Part shown: positions 1-7,264 of the stretch, one piece after another | Layout of the letters: each line of letters begins with the position of its first letter | How positions within the stretch are numbered: position 1 is the first letter of the stretch | NCBI GenBank assembly: GCA_016214955.1 | Contig: JACRMN010000028.1 | Coordinates: forward strand, 43,819 to 75,818 | Reading direction: 5' to 3' | DNA from: Deltaproteobacteria bacterium | GTDB lineage: Bacteria > Myxococcota > Myxococcia > Myxococcales > Anaeromyxobacteraceae | DNA length: 32,000 bases | Position numbers and translations under genes: made by a program | Notes under the pieces: generated by a model | What the model saw: only the letters and a program-made list of their open reading frames with translations | What the model was told of the DNA's origin: nothing | Databases searched by the model: none

Positions 1-1021
1 CTCGCTGCTCGGCGGGATCCTGGGGCGCGTGACCTCGCTCGTGGGCAAGTCGGGGGTCGACATCTGGATCGCCTCCGCGGCCACGGAGAGCACCGACGCC
101 ACCGACACCATCCCGGCCAGCAAGGTGGGCGCGGCCGCGGGCACACCGGGCGTGGCCTGGGCGGCTCCCGTGGTGCAGGGGTTCGGCAAGGTGACCCGAC
201 CCGACGGCGTCCGCGAGCTGGTGAAGGTGCTGGGCGTCGAGGCGCCGCGCTACGCAGGCCTGCCCCGCACCCTCGCGCCCGGGACCAGCCTCGCCTCGCT
301 GCGCGGGTCCGGCAGGATCCTCCTCAACCTGAAGGACAGACCGGCCTTCGCCATGGCCCGGCCCGGCGACCGGGTGGAGGTCGAGGGCCGGGCGACGTTC
401 GTGGCCGGATTCTACGAGGGCGTCGACCCACACAGTCCGTACTACTACGTCTTCGCCAACCTCGACGACGCCCGGGCGCTCACCGCGTTCCCGCCGGACC
501 GCATCACCTACGCCGCCGTCGGCGTCGCAGCAGGGGAGGACCCGCGCGCGGTCCGCGCCCGCCTGCAGGCGCGGTTCCCGGACGCGCTGGTGCGCACCCG
601 GGAGGAGCTCTCGGCCATGGAGGAGCGTTACTTCCTGGTTCGCACGCCGGTGGGGCTGGTGTTCGGGCTGGGCTCGGTGGTGGCCGCCCTCGTGGGCGCC
701 GCCATCGTGGCGGTGACCCTCTACTCGACGGCCATCGACCGCGCCCGCGACTACGGCACGCTGAAGGCCATCGGCGCGAGCCGGCGCGACCTGCTCTCGC
801 TGCTGCTCGCCCAGGCCTGGATCTTCGCGGCCGCGGGCTACGCGGCAGGCATGGCGGCCTTCCTGGTGGTGCGGGCGCACCTGCCCCAGCTCCCCATGGT
901 GGTCTCGCCGCACCTCGTCGCGGGTGTGGCGCTCGCGGCCACCCTCTCCTGCACGCTGGCCTCGCTGGCCGCCATCCGCCGGGTGCTGAAGCTCGACCCG
1001 GCCGTCGTCTTCCGGAGCTGA
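1..1021 (+). CDS. ABC exporter permease, FtsX/MacB (DevC-like) type, 5' end truncated by window edge
   Basis: The reading frame is open from nt 2, so the track's GTG at 29 is internal. The layout is a periplasmic-domain-like stretch followed by three C-terminal TM helices (LVFGLGSVVAALVGAAIVAVTLY, AWIFAAAGYAAGMAAFLVV, VAGVALAATLSCTLASLAAI). It ends 2 nt before the ATPase gene. Confidence 0.85.
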   Translation, partial: SLLGGILGRVTSLVGKSGVDIWIASAATESTDATDTIPASKVGAAAGTPGVAWAAPVVQGFGKVTRPDGVRELVKVLGVEAPRYAGLPRTLAPGTSLASLRGSGRILLNLKDRPAFAMARPGDRVEVEGRATFVAGFYEGVDPHSPYYYVFANLDDARALTAFPPDRITYAAVGVAAGEDPRAVRARLQARFPDALVRTREELSAMEERYFLVRTPVGLVFGLGSVVAALVGAAIVAVTLYSTAIDRARDYGTLKAIGASRRDLLSLLLAQAWIFAAAGYAAGMAAFLVVRAHLPQLPMVVSPHLVAGVALAATLSCTLASLAAIRRVLKLDPAVVFRS

Positions 1022-1023
1022 CG

Positions 1024-1788
1024 ATGACCTCGTACTCCCAGCCCCCCGAGGTGGTCCTGGCCGGCCGGGGCATCGGCAAGTGCTACGGCGAGGGGCCACT
1101 GGCCTCGCGGGCCCTCCACCCCACCGACATCGAGATCCGGCGCGGCGAGGTCCTGGTGCTGATGGGCCCCTCGGGCAGCGGCAAGACCACGCTCCTCAGC
1201 CTGCTGGGGCTGGTGCTCACGCCCACGGAGGGGGAGGTGCTGGTCGGGGGCTGGAGCGCGGCCCGGGCCTCGGCCGACGAGCTGGCCCGGCTCCGGCAAC
1301 GGCGGCTGGGCTTCGTGTTCCAGCAGTTCAACCTCCTGCCCAGCCTGACCGCGGTGGAGAACGTGGCGGTTCCCCTCCTGCTCGGCGGCGTGGCCTGGCC
1401 GGAGCGGGAGGCGCGCGCCGCGCGGGCCCTGGAGCTGGTGGGCATGGGCGACCGCCGCCAGGCCCGGCCGCGCCAGCTCTCGGGCGGGCAGCAGCAGCGC
1501 GTCGCCATCGCCCGCGCCCTGGTCAACGACGCCCCGGTGCTGCTGTGCGACGAGCCCACCGCCTCGCTCGACGGGGAGACCGGCCGCGGAGTGCTCGACA
1601 CCCTGGGGCGCCTGGCGCGCGCCGGCCGCGCGGTGGTGGTGGTCACCCACGACGAGCGGGTGCGGGCCATCGCCGATCGGCTGCTGCAGGTGGTCGACGG
1701 GCGGGTGGTGCCCGCCGAGGTCCCCGGTGTCGCCCACTCCGCGAACGCGGCCCCGCCGCTCGCCCCAACCCACAGGAGGATGACATGA
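1024..1788 (+). CDS. ABC transporter ATP-binding protein (MacB/LolD/DevA-like)
   Basis: Walker A GPSGSGKTT, Q-loop FQQFNLL, signature LSGGQQQRVAIARAL and Walker B VLLCDEPT are all present. Its stop overlaps the next start (ATGA at 1785-1788). Confidence 0.95.
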   Translation: MTSYSQPPEVVLAGRGIGKCYGEGPLASRALHPTDIEIRRGEVLVLMGPSGSGKTTLLSLLGLVLTPTEGEVLVGGWSAARASADELARLRQRRLGFVFQQFNLLPSLTAVENVAVPLLLGGVAWPEREARAARALELVGMGDRRQARPRQLSGGQQQRVAIARALVNDAPVLLCDEPTASLDGETGRGVLDTLGRLARAGRAVVVVTHDERVRAIADRLLQVVDGRVVPAEVPGVAHSANAAPPLAPTHRRMT

Positions 1789-2894
1789 CGGATTCGACGG
1801 CGTATCGAGCCCTGGCCGCGGCGGCGCTGGCCGCGCTGCTCCCGGCCTGCGGGCTGCACGGCCCGCCCGCTGTGGAGCGCAGGGGCGGGAGCGACCGCGC
1901 GCCCCCGGAGTCCCGGGCAGTGCCGCAGGAAGCGGCCGCGCCCGCGGCCGTCCAGGTGGTGGCGCCCGGCATGGTGGAGCCCTGGGGTGGCGAGGTCGAG
2001 CTCTCGGCCCAGGAGGCCGGGCCCATCGCGCGCCTGCTGGTGCGGGAGGGGGAGCGGGTGGAGGCGGGGCGCGTCCTGGCGGTCCTCGAGGACGGCGCCC
2101 AGAGGGAGGCCGTGGCGCTCGCCGAGGCGGAGCGGGACGAGGCAGAGGCGGCCCTGCAGCGCGCCGTGCGGGGCAGCACGCCGGAGGAGCTGCGACAGGC
2201 CGAGGCCGAGGAATCTGCGGCCCTGGCCCGGGCGCGGCTGGCGAGGAGCGCCGACGAGCGCGCCCAGAGGCTGCGGCGGGGCGGGGCCGGGGCCGAGGGC
2301 GAGGCCGAGGGCGCGGCCGCCGAGGCGCAGGCGCTCGCGGCCCTCGCCGAGCGGGCCCGGGCGCGGCTCGAGGAGGTGCGCCGCGGCCCCCGGCTGGAGG
2401 ACCTGCGCGCAGCGCGCGCCCGCGCCGCCTCGGCCCGGGCTCGCCTGCGCCTCGCCCAGGCGGCGCTCCAGCGGAGGCAGGTGGTGGCCCCCTCCGGCGG
2501 CGTGGTGCTGCGGAGCCGGTTCCACGCCGGCGAGTGGCACGCGCCGGGCGGCGAGCCGCTCCTCTCGCTCGGCGACCTCGGCCGGCTGCAGGTGCGGCTG
2601 GAGGTGGACGAGATCGATGCCGGCGAGGTGCGGCCCGACACCGCTTGCGCCATCCGCTCCGACGACGGCCTGCGCCTCGCAGAGGGGATCGTGTCGCGCC
2701 TGGCCCCCCGGATGGGAAGGCGCGCGCTCCAGACCGAGTTGCCCACCGCGCGCTCCGACGTCCGGGTGCGCGAGGTCTTCGTGGAGATCCCGGCCGCTGC
2801 CGGGCTGGTCCCTGGACAGCGGGTCTGGGGCCACCTCCCGCGGGCCGGCGCTGCACAGGCCGCGGCCGGCAAGCCGACGCCAAGGGGTGGCTGA
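1785..2894 (+). CDS. HlyD-family periplasmic adaptor (membrane fusion protein), possible lipoprotein
   Basis: The ATG at 1785 lies inside the 1080..2894 track ORF. The N-terminus MTDSTAYRALAAAALAALLPAC looks like a signal or lipobox. A long Ala/Glu/Arg coiled-coil hairpin is followed by a beta-barrel-like C-terminus. AGGAGG lies upstream. Confidence 0.85.
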   Translation: MTDSTAYRALAAAALAALLPACGLHGPPAVERRGGSDRAPPESRAVPQEAAAPAAVQVVAPGMVEPWGGEVELSAQEAGPIARLLVREGERVEAGRVLAVLEDGAQREAVALAEAERDEAEAALQRAVRGSTPEELRQAEAEESAALARARLARSADERAQRLRRGGAGAEGEAEGAAAEAQALAALAERARARLEEVRRGPRLEDLRAARARAASARARLRLAQAALQRRQVVAPSGGVVLRSRFHAGEWHAPGGEPLLSLGDLGRLQVRLEVDEIDAGEVRPDTACAIRSDDGLRLAEGIVSRLAPRMGRRALQTELPTARSDVRVREVFVEIPAAAGLVPGQRVWGHLPRAGAAQAAAGKPTPRGG

Positions 2895-2936
2895 GGCGCC
2901 GGTGGACCCCTTCCCCCGTTCGCCCAGGAGATCCGG

Positions 2937-4214
2937 ATGACCACCATCGCCATCGCCGCCGCCATCGCCCTCGGGGCCGGGTCGGGAGACCCGGCGCTGC
3001 TCCGCTACGACGACGCCCTCGCCGAGGCGCTGGCCCGCAACGCGGACCTGCGGGCCGCCCGGGCGAGGCTCGACCAGGCCCGGACCATCGGCTGGAAGGC
3101 CTGGGCGGCACACCTGCCCCAGGTCACGGCGGCCGCCTCCTGGACGCGCAACGATCGCGGAGTGGAGCTGCCGGCCCTGGCTCCCCTCCTACCGCAGCCC
3201 ATCGTGCTCCAGCCGCTGGTCGGCAGGTCGGCCCAGCTGCAGGCGGCGCTCCCGCTCCTCGCGCCCCAGCTCTGGCTGGACATCGGCGCGGCCCAGGCGG
3301 GCCAGCGCCAGGCCGAGTGGAGCGCCGAGCAGGCGCGCCGGGAGGTCCTCTTCGGTGTGGCCGGCCTGTACCACGGTGCGGTGGCCGCCAGGCTGGCGGC
3401 GCAGGTCGCGGGCCGGCAGCTCGAGATCGCCACCTCCCATGAGGCCGACGCCGAGATCCGCCACCAGGCGGGCGCGGCGCCCGAGGCGGCACGGCTGCGG
3501 GCCCGCATCGACCGCACCCGCGCCGAGCAGGTGCTGGAGGCCGCGCGCGCGGGCTACGAGGCGGCGCGCCTCGCGCTGGCCGCCGCGCTGGACCGCTCCG
3601 ACGCCCGCTTCGAGGTCGAGCTCCCCGACGAGCCGGCGGGGCCGGCCCGGGACGCGGCGCAGGCGGCCCTGTCCGGCCGCGCCGACCTGCGCGCGGCCGA
3701 GGCCGGGCAGGAGGTCGCCCGTCGGGCGCGGGCCGGGCTCTGGGCCTCCTATCTGCCTTCGCTGGCGGCCTTCGCGCGGAGCGAGTGGCAGGACCCGGCG
3801 GGCCCATCCGGCGAGCGGAGGAGCTGGAGCGCGGGCCTCGCCCTGTCCTGGACCCTCTTCGACGGGACGCTGCGCGAGGCCCGGCTCCGGGAGAGCGCCG
3901 CCCGGGTGGAGGAGACCGAGGCGCAGCTTCGCGCGGCAGAGCTGCGCGCTCGCGAGCAGCTCGAACGGGCATGGCTCGACCTCCGGGTAGCCCGGGCCAA
4001 CCGGGCACGGGCGCTGGCGCAGGTGGAGCTGGCTCGCGAGAACCAGCGCCTGGTGGAGGTGAGCTTCCGGGAGGGCGCTGCCACCTACCTGGAAGCCTCC
4101 GACGCCGCGCAGCAGCTGGGGACGGCCGAGCTGGCGGCGGTGTCCGAGCAGCTCCAGGTGCGGCTGGCGATGCTGCGCCTGCTCCAGGCGATGGGCGCCC
4201 GCCAGCCCGCGTAG
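2937..4214 (+). CDS. TolC-family outer membrane efflux protein
   Basis: 425 aa with a two-repeat helical pattern typical of OEP/TolC (LTLxxALxxAlxxNxdL-like start, repeated LxxAxxxxxxA segments). AGGAG lies 7 nt upstream of the ATG. Confidence 0.85.
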   Translation: MTTIAIAAAIALGAGSGDPALLRYDDALAEALARNADLRAARARLDQARTIGWKAWAAHLPQVTAAASWTRNDRGVELPALAPLLPQPIVLQPLVGRSAQLQAALPLLAPQLWLDIGAAQAGQRQAEWSAEQARREVLFGVAGLYHGAVAARLAAQVAGRQLEIATSHEADAEIRHQAGAAPEAARLRARIDRTRAEQVLEAARAGYEAARLALAAALDRSDARFEVELPDEPAGPARDAAQAALSGRADLRAAEAGQEVARRARAGLWASYLPSLAAFARSEWQDPAGPSGERRSWSAGLALSWTLFDGTLREARLRESAARVEETEAQLRAAELRAREQLERAWLDLRVARANRARALAQVELARENQRLVEVSFREGAATYLEASDAAQQLGTAELAAVSEQLQVRLAMLRLLQAMGARQPA

Positions 4215-4239
4215 CTCGCGGGCCCGGCGCTGCCTCGAG

Positions 4240-4254
4240 GCGCCCGCCGGGCGC
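4240..4254. terminator. Short GC hairpin between convergent genes (possible bidirectional terminator)
   Basis: GCGCCCGCCGGGCGC could form a 5-6 bp stem with a 3-5 nt loop. No U-tract follows. Confidence 0.25.
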
Positions 4255-4316
4255 ACGTTGGAACGGCGTACGGTCTGGTCCGTCCTCTCCCGCCGACTGG
4301 CCGAGGCTGGTCTCGC

Positions 4317-4832
4317 TCACCCCCACCGCCCGCCGTACCGGTCGATGAGCCGCTGCACGGCCGGGCGCATCATCCGCTCCCCGAGCTGCCAGCGGAGCAC
4401 CGCGGCCGGCACGTACCACCTGGGCCGGAAGTGCTGGCGCCAGGTCACGAGGGTCTGGTTGCCTGCCGGTGCCAGCTCGAACGTGCCGAGGTGATCCCTC
4501 ATGGGCATCTTCAGCTCGGAGCGCGCCGTGTCGACGCGGTAGGCGTAGCTCCTGCCTGGCCGGTACTCGGCGATCACCTCGCGCAGCGCCTTGCCGCCCA
4601 GCGCGCAGACCCGCTCCGAGCAGGCACCCGGCGTATCGCGCCCGGCCGTGGAGCGGGAGTGATCCCAGTGGACGGCATGGATGAGGGTGAACCACTCGGG
4701 CAAGCGGGTGGCGACCAGGTCGAAGGCCTCGGCGGCCGGCAGGTCCAGGTAGAAGCGCAGCTCGATCTGCAGCGGGCTGTCGGGGACGGCGACGGGGGCT
4801 GCGGCCTGGGCGGTGTGGGTCAGCGACGTCAT
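4317..4832 (-). CDS. SRPBCC (polyketide cyclase/dehydrase-like, START/Bet v1 fold) family protein
   Basis: I take the start MTSLTHT at 4832. The track ORF extends it artificially to 5126. The sequence pattern (FDLVATRLPEWFTLI...YAYRV...GTFELAPAG.QTLVTW) is typical of the family. It is divergent from a LysR gene. Confidence 0.75.
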   Translation of the reverse strand: MTSLTHTAQAAAPVAVPDSPLQIELRFYLDLPAAEAFDLVATRLPEWFTLIHAVHWDHSRSTAGRDTPGACSERVCALGGKALREVIAEYRPGRSYAYRVDTARSELKMPMRDHLGTFELAPAGNQTLVTWRQHFRPRWYVPAAVLRWQLGERMMRPAVQRLIDRYGGRWG

Positions 4833-4947
4833 GGGTGGTGCTCCGGGAAGGGGCCGGTCATTCGGCCCCCGAGAGATGGCTGGCGCCGCTCCCGAGAGAA
4901 AGGGGATAAACAGAGAAGAACTCTTCCCGATACTGGAACAATCGTTC

Positions 4948-5841
4948 ATGCTCGAGAACCTCTCCGACGTGCGGACCTTCGTGCAGGTGATGGAGTCCGG
5001 CGGCCTGACCGCCGCGGGCCGGGTGATGCGCATGCCCACCAACCAGGTGAGCCGCCGGCTGGCGCGGCTCGAAGAGGCCCTCGGGGCCCGGCTCCTCCAC
5101 CGGACCACCCGCAGGGTCACGCCCACGGACGACGGGAGGGCGTTCTACGCGCGGGCGCTGCGGCTGCTGGACCAGGCGCGCGAGGCGGAGGAGGGGGTGG
5201 GGCGGGCGTCGGCGCTGGAGGGTGCCCTGCGCGTGGCGGTGCGGACCACCTCGGTGGAGATCGGGTTCGTCGAGGAGGTCACCCGGCTCCTGCTCGCCAA
5301 CCCGGGCCTGTCGCTGCAGCTGATGGTGATGGACGACCAGGTGGACCCGGTGGCCGCAGGCCTCGACATGGTGGTCCAGGTGGGCTCGCTCCCCGACTCC
5401 TCCGCCGTCGCGCGCCCGGTGGGCCACGCCACCTACGTCATGGCCGCCTCCCCGGGCTACGTGGAGCGCAGCGGCGCTCCGGACGCGCCGGCCGACCTGG
5501 TGCGGCACCAGGTGATCCGTCGCCACGGCTCGACGCCCGAGACCGAGTGGACGCTGGTCGGGCGGCGCGGCGAGCTCCTGAGCGTGCCCATCGCCGGACG
5601 CTTCGAGTGCAGCGACTCGCGCGCCCAGGCCATCGCGCTGCGAGAGGGCCTGGGGATCGCGCTGCGGCCGGCCGGCGAGGTGCGAGCGGCAGCGAAGGAG
5701 GGCCGCCTGGTCCGCATCCTCCCGGCCTGGAGGCTGCCGCCCATCCCGGTCTGGGCCCTCCTCTCCCCCGGGCGAACACGCCTGGCGCGCGTGTCGCTGC
5801 TCGTCGAGGCCCTGCGCAGGGTGATCCAGCGGCTGGCGTGA
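4948..5841 (+). CDS. LysR-family transcriptional regulator
   Basis: The N-terminal wHTH reads MLENLSDVRTFVQVMESGGLTAAGRVMRMPTNQVSRRLARLEEALGARLLHRTTR and a LysR substrate-binding domain follows. The ATG at 4948 follows an AT-rich spacer. Confidence 0.9.
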   Translation: MLENLSDVRTFVQVMESGGLTAAGRVMRMPTNQVSRRLARLEEALGARLLHRTTRRVTPTDDGRAFYARALRLLDQAREAEEGVGRASALEGALRVAVRTTSVEIGFVEEVTRLLLANPGLSLQLMVMDDQVDPVAAGLDMVVQVGSLPDSSAVARPVGHATYVMAASPGYVERSGAPDAPADLVRHQVIRRHGSTPETEWTLVGRRGELLSVPIAGRFECSDSRAQAIALREGLGIALRPAGEVRAAAKEGRLVRILPAWRLPPIPVWALLSPGRTRLARVSLLVEALRRVIQRLA

Positions 5842-5938
5842 CGGCCGCCGCCCCGAGCTCGCCACGCGCCCGCCCCGCGAGCAGAAGCCCCCTGGCCGGG
5901 CGGGAGGTGGTTCTCCCCGCCTCGGCGCCTCCGACCCC

Positions 5939-6442
5939 TCACCTCCGTCCCCCTCCCTGCCTCCCCGACATCGCCAGCGCGCTCGCCGCGGTCCGGTGCA
6001 CGTTGGGCCCGTCCTGGTAGCGGTTGAGCTTCACCGGCGGGTAGGCCTGCATGCGCGCGACGAGCTCGTCCGCGGCGCCGGCGAGGAGGGCGTCGCAGGT
6101 CTCGTAGAGCCCGCCGGGCTCCTCCTCGACGGCGTTGTGGGGCCCGAGGATGGAGCGCAGCTCGGCGGCGAGGGCGTGGCTGGGCGTGGGCACGAGCAGC
6201 GAGGTGATGGCGCCGTGGTCGATGCGCAGCCGCCGCGCCACGGGCAGGGGCTCGCCGCCGCGGGCCGCGCGGGCGGCGGGCAGCAGGATCTTCTCCTCGA
6301 TGGCGATGTGGCGGAGGAGCCCGCCGCGGAAGGCTCCGTAGGCCTCCAGCTCCACCACCTCGGGCCGCTCGAGCGCGCGGCGGAGGAGGCCGTCGAGCCG
6401 GTCGTGGTCCTGGGCGAGGAAGCGGGAGATGGGCCCTGTCAT
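5939..6442 (-). CDS. Hemerythrin (HHE cation-binding) domain protein
   Basis: The start MTGPISRFLAQDHDRLD at 6442 has GGAGG 6 nt upstream. H/E/D spacing (DHxxLD, RHIAIEEKILLP, IDHGAI) is typical of hemerythrin-like domains. The rest of the 384-aa track ORF is a run-on. Confidence 0.8.
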   Translation of the reverse strand: MTGPISRFLAQDHDRLDGLLRRALERPEVVELEAYGAFRGGLLRHIAIEEKILLPAARAARGGEPLPVARRLRIDHGAITSLLVPTPSHALAAELRSILGPHNAVEEEPGGLYETCDALLAGAADELVARMQAYPPVKLNRYQDGPNVHRTAASALAMSGRQGGGRR

Positions 6443-6596
6443 GCACGCCTCCGGAGCCGGGCTGGCCGGCCGTCGCGGCCGGGAACGGCGCGGGGCCGCG
6501 GCCGGCGGGGTTCCAGGGAGGTCTAGCGCTCCGGGCGGCGGTGCGCCCGCAGCCTCCCGCCGGCGCCCTGTCCCACATTGGCCCCGCCCCCCCCCT

Positions 6597-6625
6597 TTGG
6601 TACGGCCGACGAAGCTTGGTATACG
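6597..6625 (+). promoter_or_regulatory. Putative sigma-70-type promoter TTGGTA-N17-TATACG upstream of the PAP2 gene
   Basis: This is a conspicuous AT-richer island in GC-rich DNA. The -10 element ends about 9 nt before the ATG at 6635, which would give a leaderless or near-leaderless mRNA. Confidence 0.3.
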
Positions 6626-6634
6626 GGCGACGGG

Positions 6635-7264
6635 ATGACCATCGAGGCCCTCTACCAGCTCGACTCCACGCAGGCCGTCCAGCGGCTGCTCTGCCGGCCT
6701 GCGCTCGACCTGCTGATGCAGGCGCTCTCGACGGCGGGCGAGGGCTGGGCGCTGGTGCTCATCGCGCTGGGCCTGGCCCTGAAGGTCAGCCGCGACAGGC
6801 GCCAGGCACTCCGCAGCGGCCTCCGGGGCGTCGCCATCCTGGCCGCGACAGGCGCCATCGTGGTGGTGACGAAGCGCCTCGTCCAGGCGCCCCGGCCGCT
6901 CCAGCTCCTCGGGGCGGAGCATGTGCGCGTGCTGCTCGAGCCGCTGCGCCTGATGTCCTTCCCGAGCGGGCACTCGGCCGCGGCCGCTGCGCTGGCGGCG
7001 TGGGCCTGGCGCGAGCCCTCGGCGGGGCCGCGCCTTTGGCCCTGGCTCTTCGCTTTCCTGGTGGGCGTGTCGCGCGTCTACGTCGGGGCCCACTGGGTGA
7101 CCGACGTCGTCGCCGGCTGGCTCATGGGAATCGCCGTGGCGGCGGTGGTGTGCCGCGCCTGGCCGCGGCCGGTGGCCGCCGGCGCCGCGCCTGCCGCCGC
7201 ACCCGCGGGGCCGGCCGGGGCGCTGGCCAGGGCCGAAGGGGGCGAGGGAGACTCGTGGCGCTGA
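6635..7264 (+). CDS. PAP2-family lipid phosphatase
   Basis: All three PAP2 motifs are present: KRLVQAPRP (KX6RP), PSGH and SRVYVGAHWVTD (SRX5HX3D). The ATG at 6635 is preferred over the track's TTG at 6578. It overlaps the next gene by 10 nt. Confidence 0.85.
   Translation: MTIEALYQLDSTQAVQRLLCRPALDLLMQALSTAGEGWALVLIALGLALKVSRDRRQALRSGLRGVAILAATGAIVVVTKRLVQAPRPLQLLGAEHVRVLLEPLRLMSFPSGHSAAAAALAAWAWREPSAGPRLWPWLFAFLVGVSRVYVGAHWVTDVVAGWLMGIAVAAVVCRAWPRPVAAGAAPAAAPAGPAGALARAEGGEGDSWR

Noticed and set aside
2270-2340. Low-complexity GGCCGAGGGCGAGGCCGAGGGC repeats (antisense PRPRPRP run) considered as a tandem repeat element
   Set aside because: It lies inside the Ala/Glu/Gly-rich coiled coil of the HlyD adaptor and is imperfect at the DNA level. 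Coding low complexity explains it.
838-3113. Very long minus-strand ORFs (757 aa and 676 aa) opposite the ABC exporter genes
   Set aside because: Their composition is Arg/Pro/Gly/Ala-dominated low-complexity with no motifs. They lie antisense to genes with clear Walker/HlyD/TolC signatures. They are classic high-GC shadow ORFs.
3124-4695. 523-aa minus ORF and other long alternate-frame ORFs (for example 4431..6020+, 5457..6578-, 7452..9905+, 7078..8808-, 9738..11264-, 11336..12958-, 19127..21307+, 22334..24133-, 24141..25451-, 26050..27618+, 27293..28702+, 29123..30505-, 30409..31746-)
   Set aside because: All overlap better-supported genes in another frame or strand. They show the R/P/G/A-rich composition expected from non-coding frames of about 73% GC DNA, and no domain signatures.
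4833-5126. 5' extensions of track ORFs beyond plausible starts (4317..5126, 5939..7093, 6541..8907, 11939..12991, 16713..19883, 21338..23371, 22264..23571, 24938..27190, 27320..28225, 28104..29201, 28907..30412)
   Set aside because: The extended parts cross into neighbouring genes or spacers and lose protein-like composition. Internal starts with SD sequences and family-typical N-termini are available. Coordinates were trimmed accordingly.
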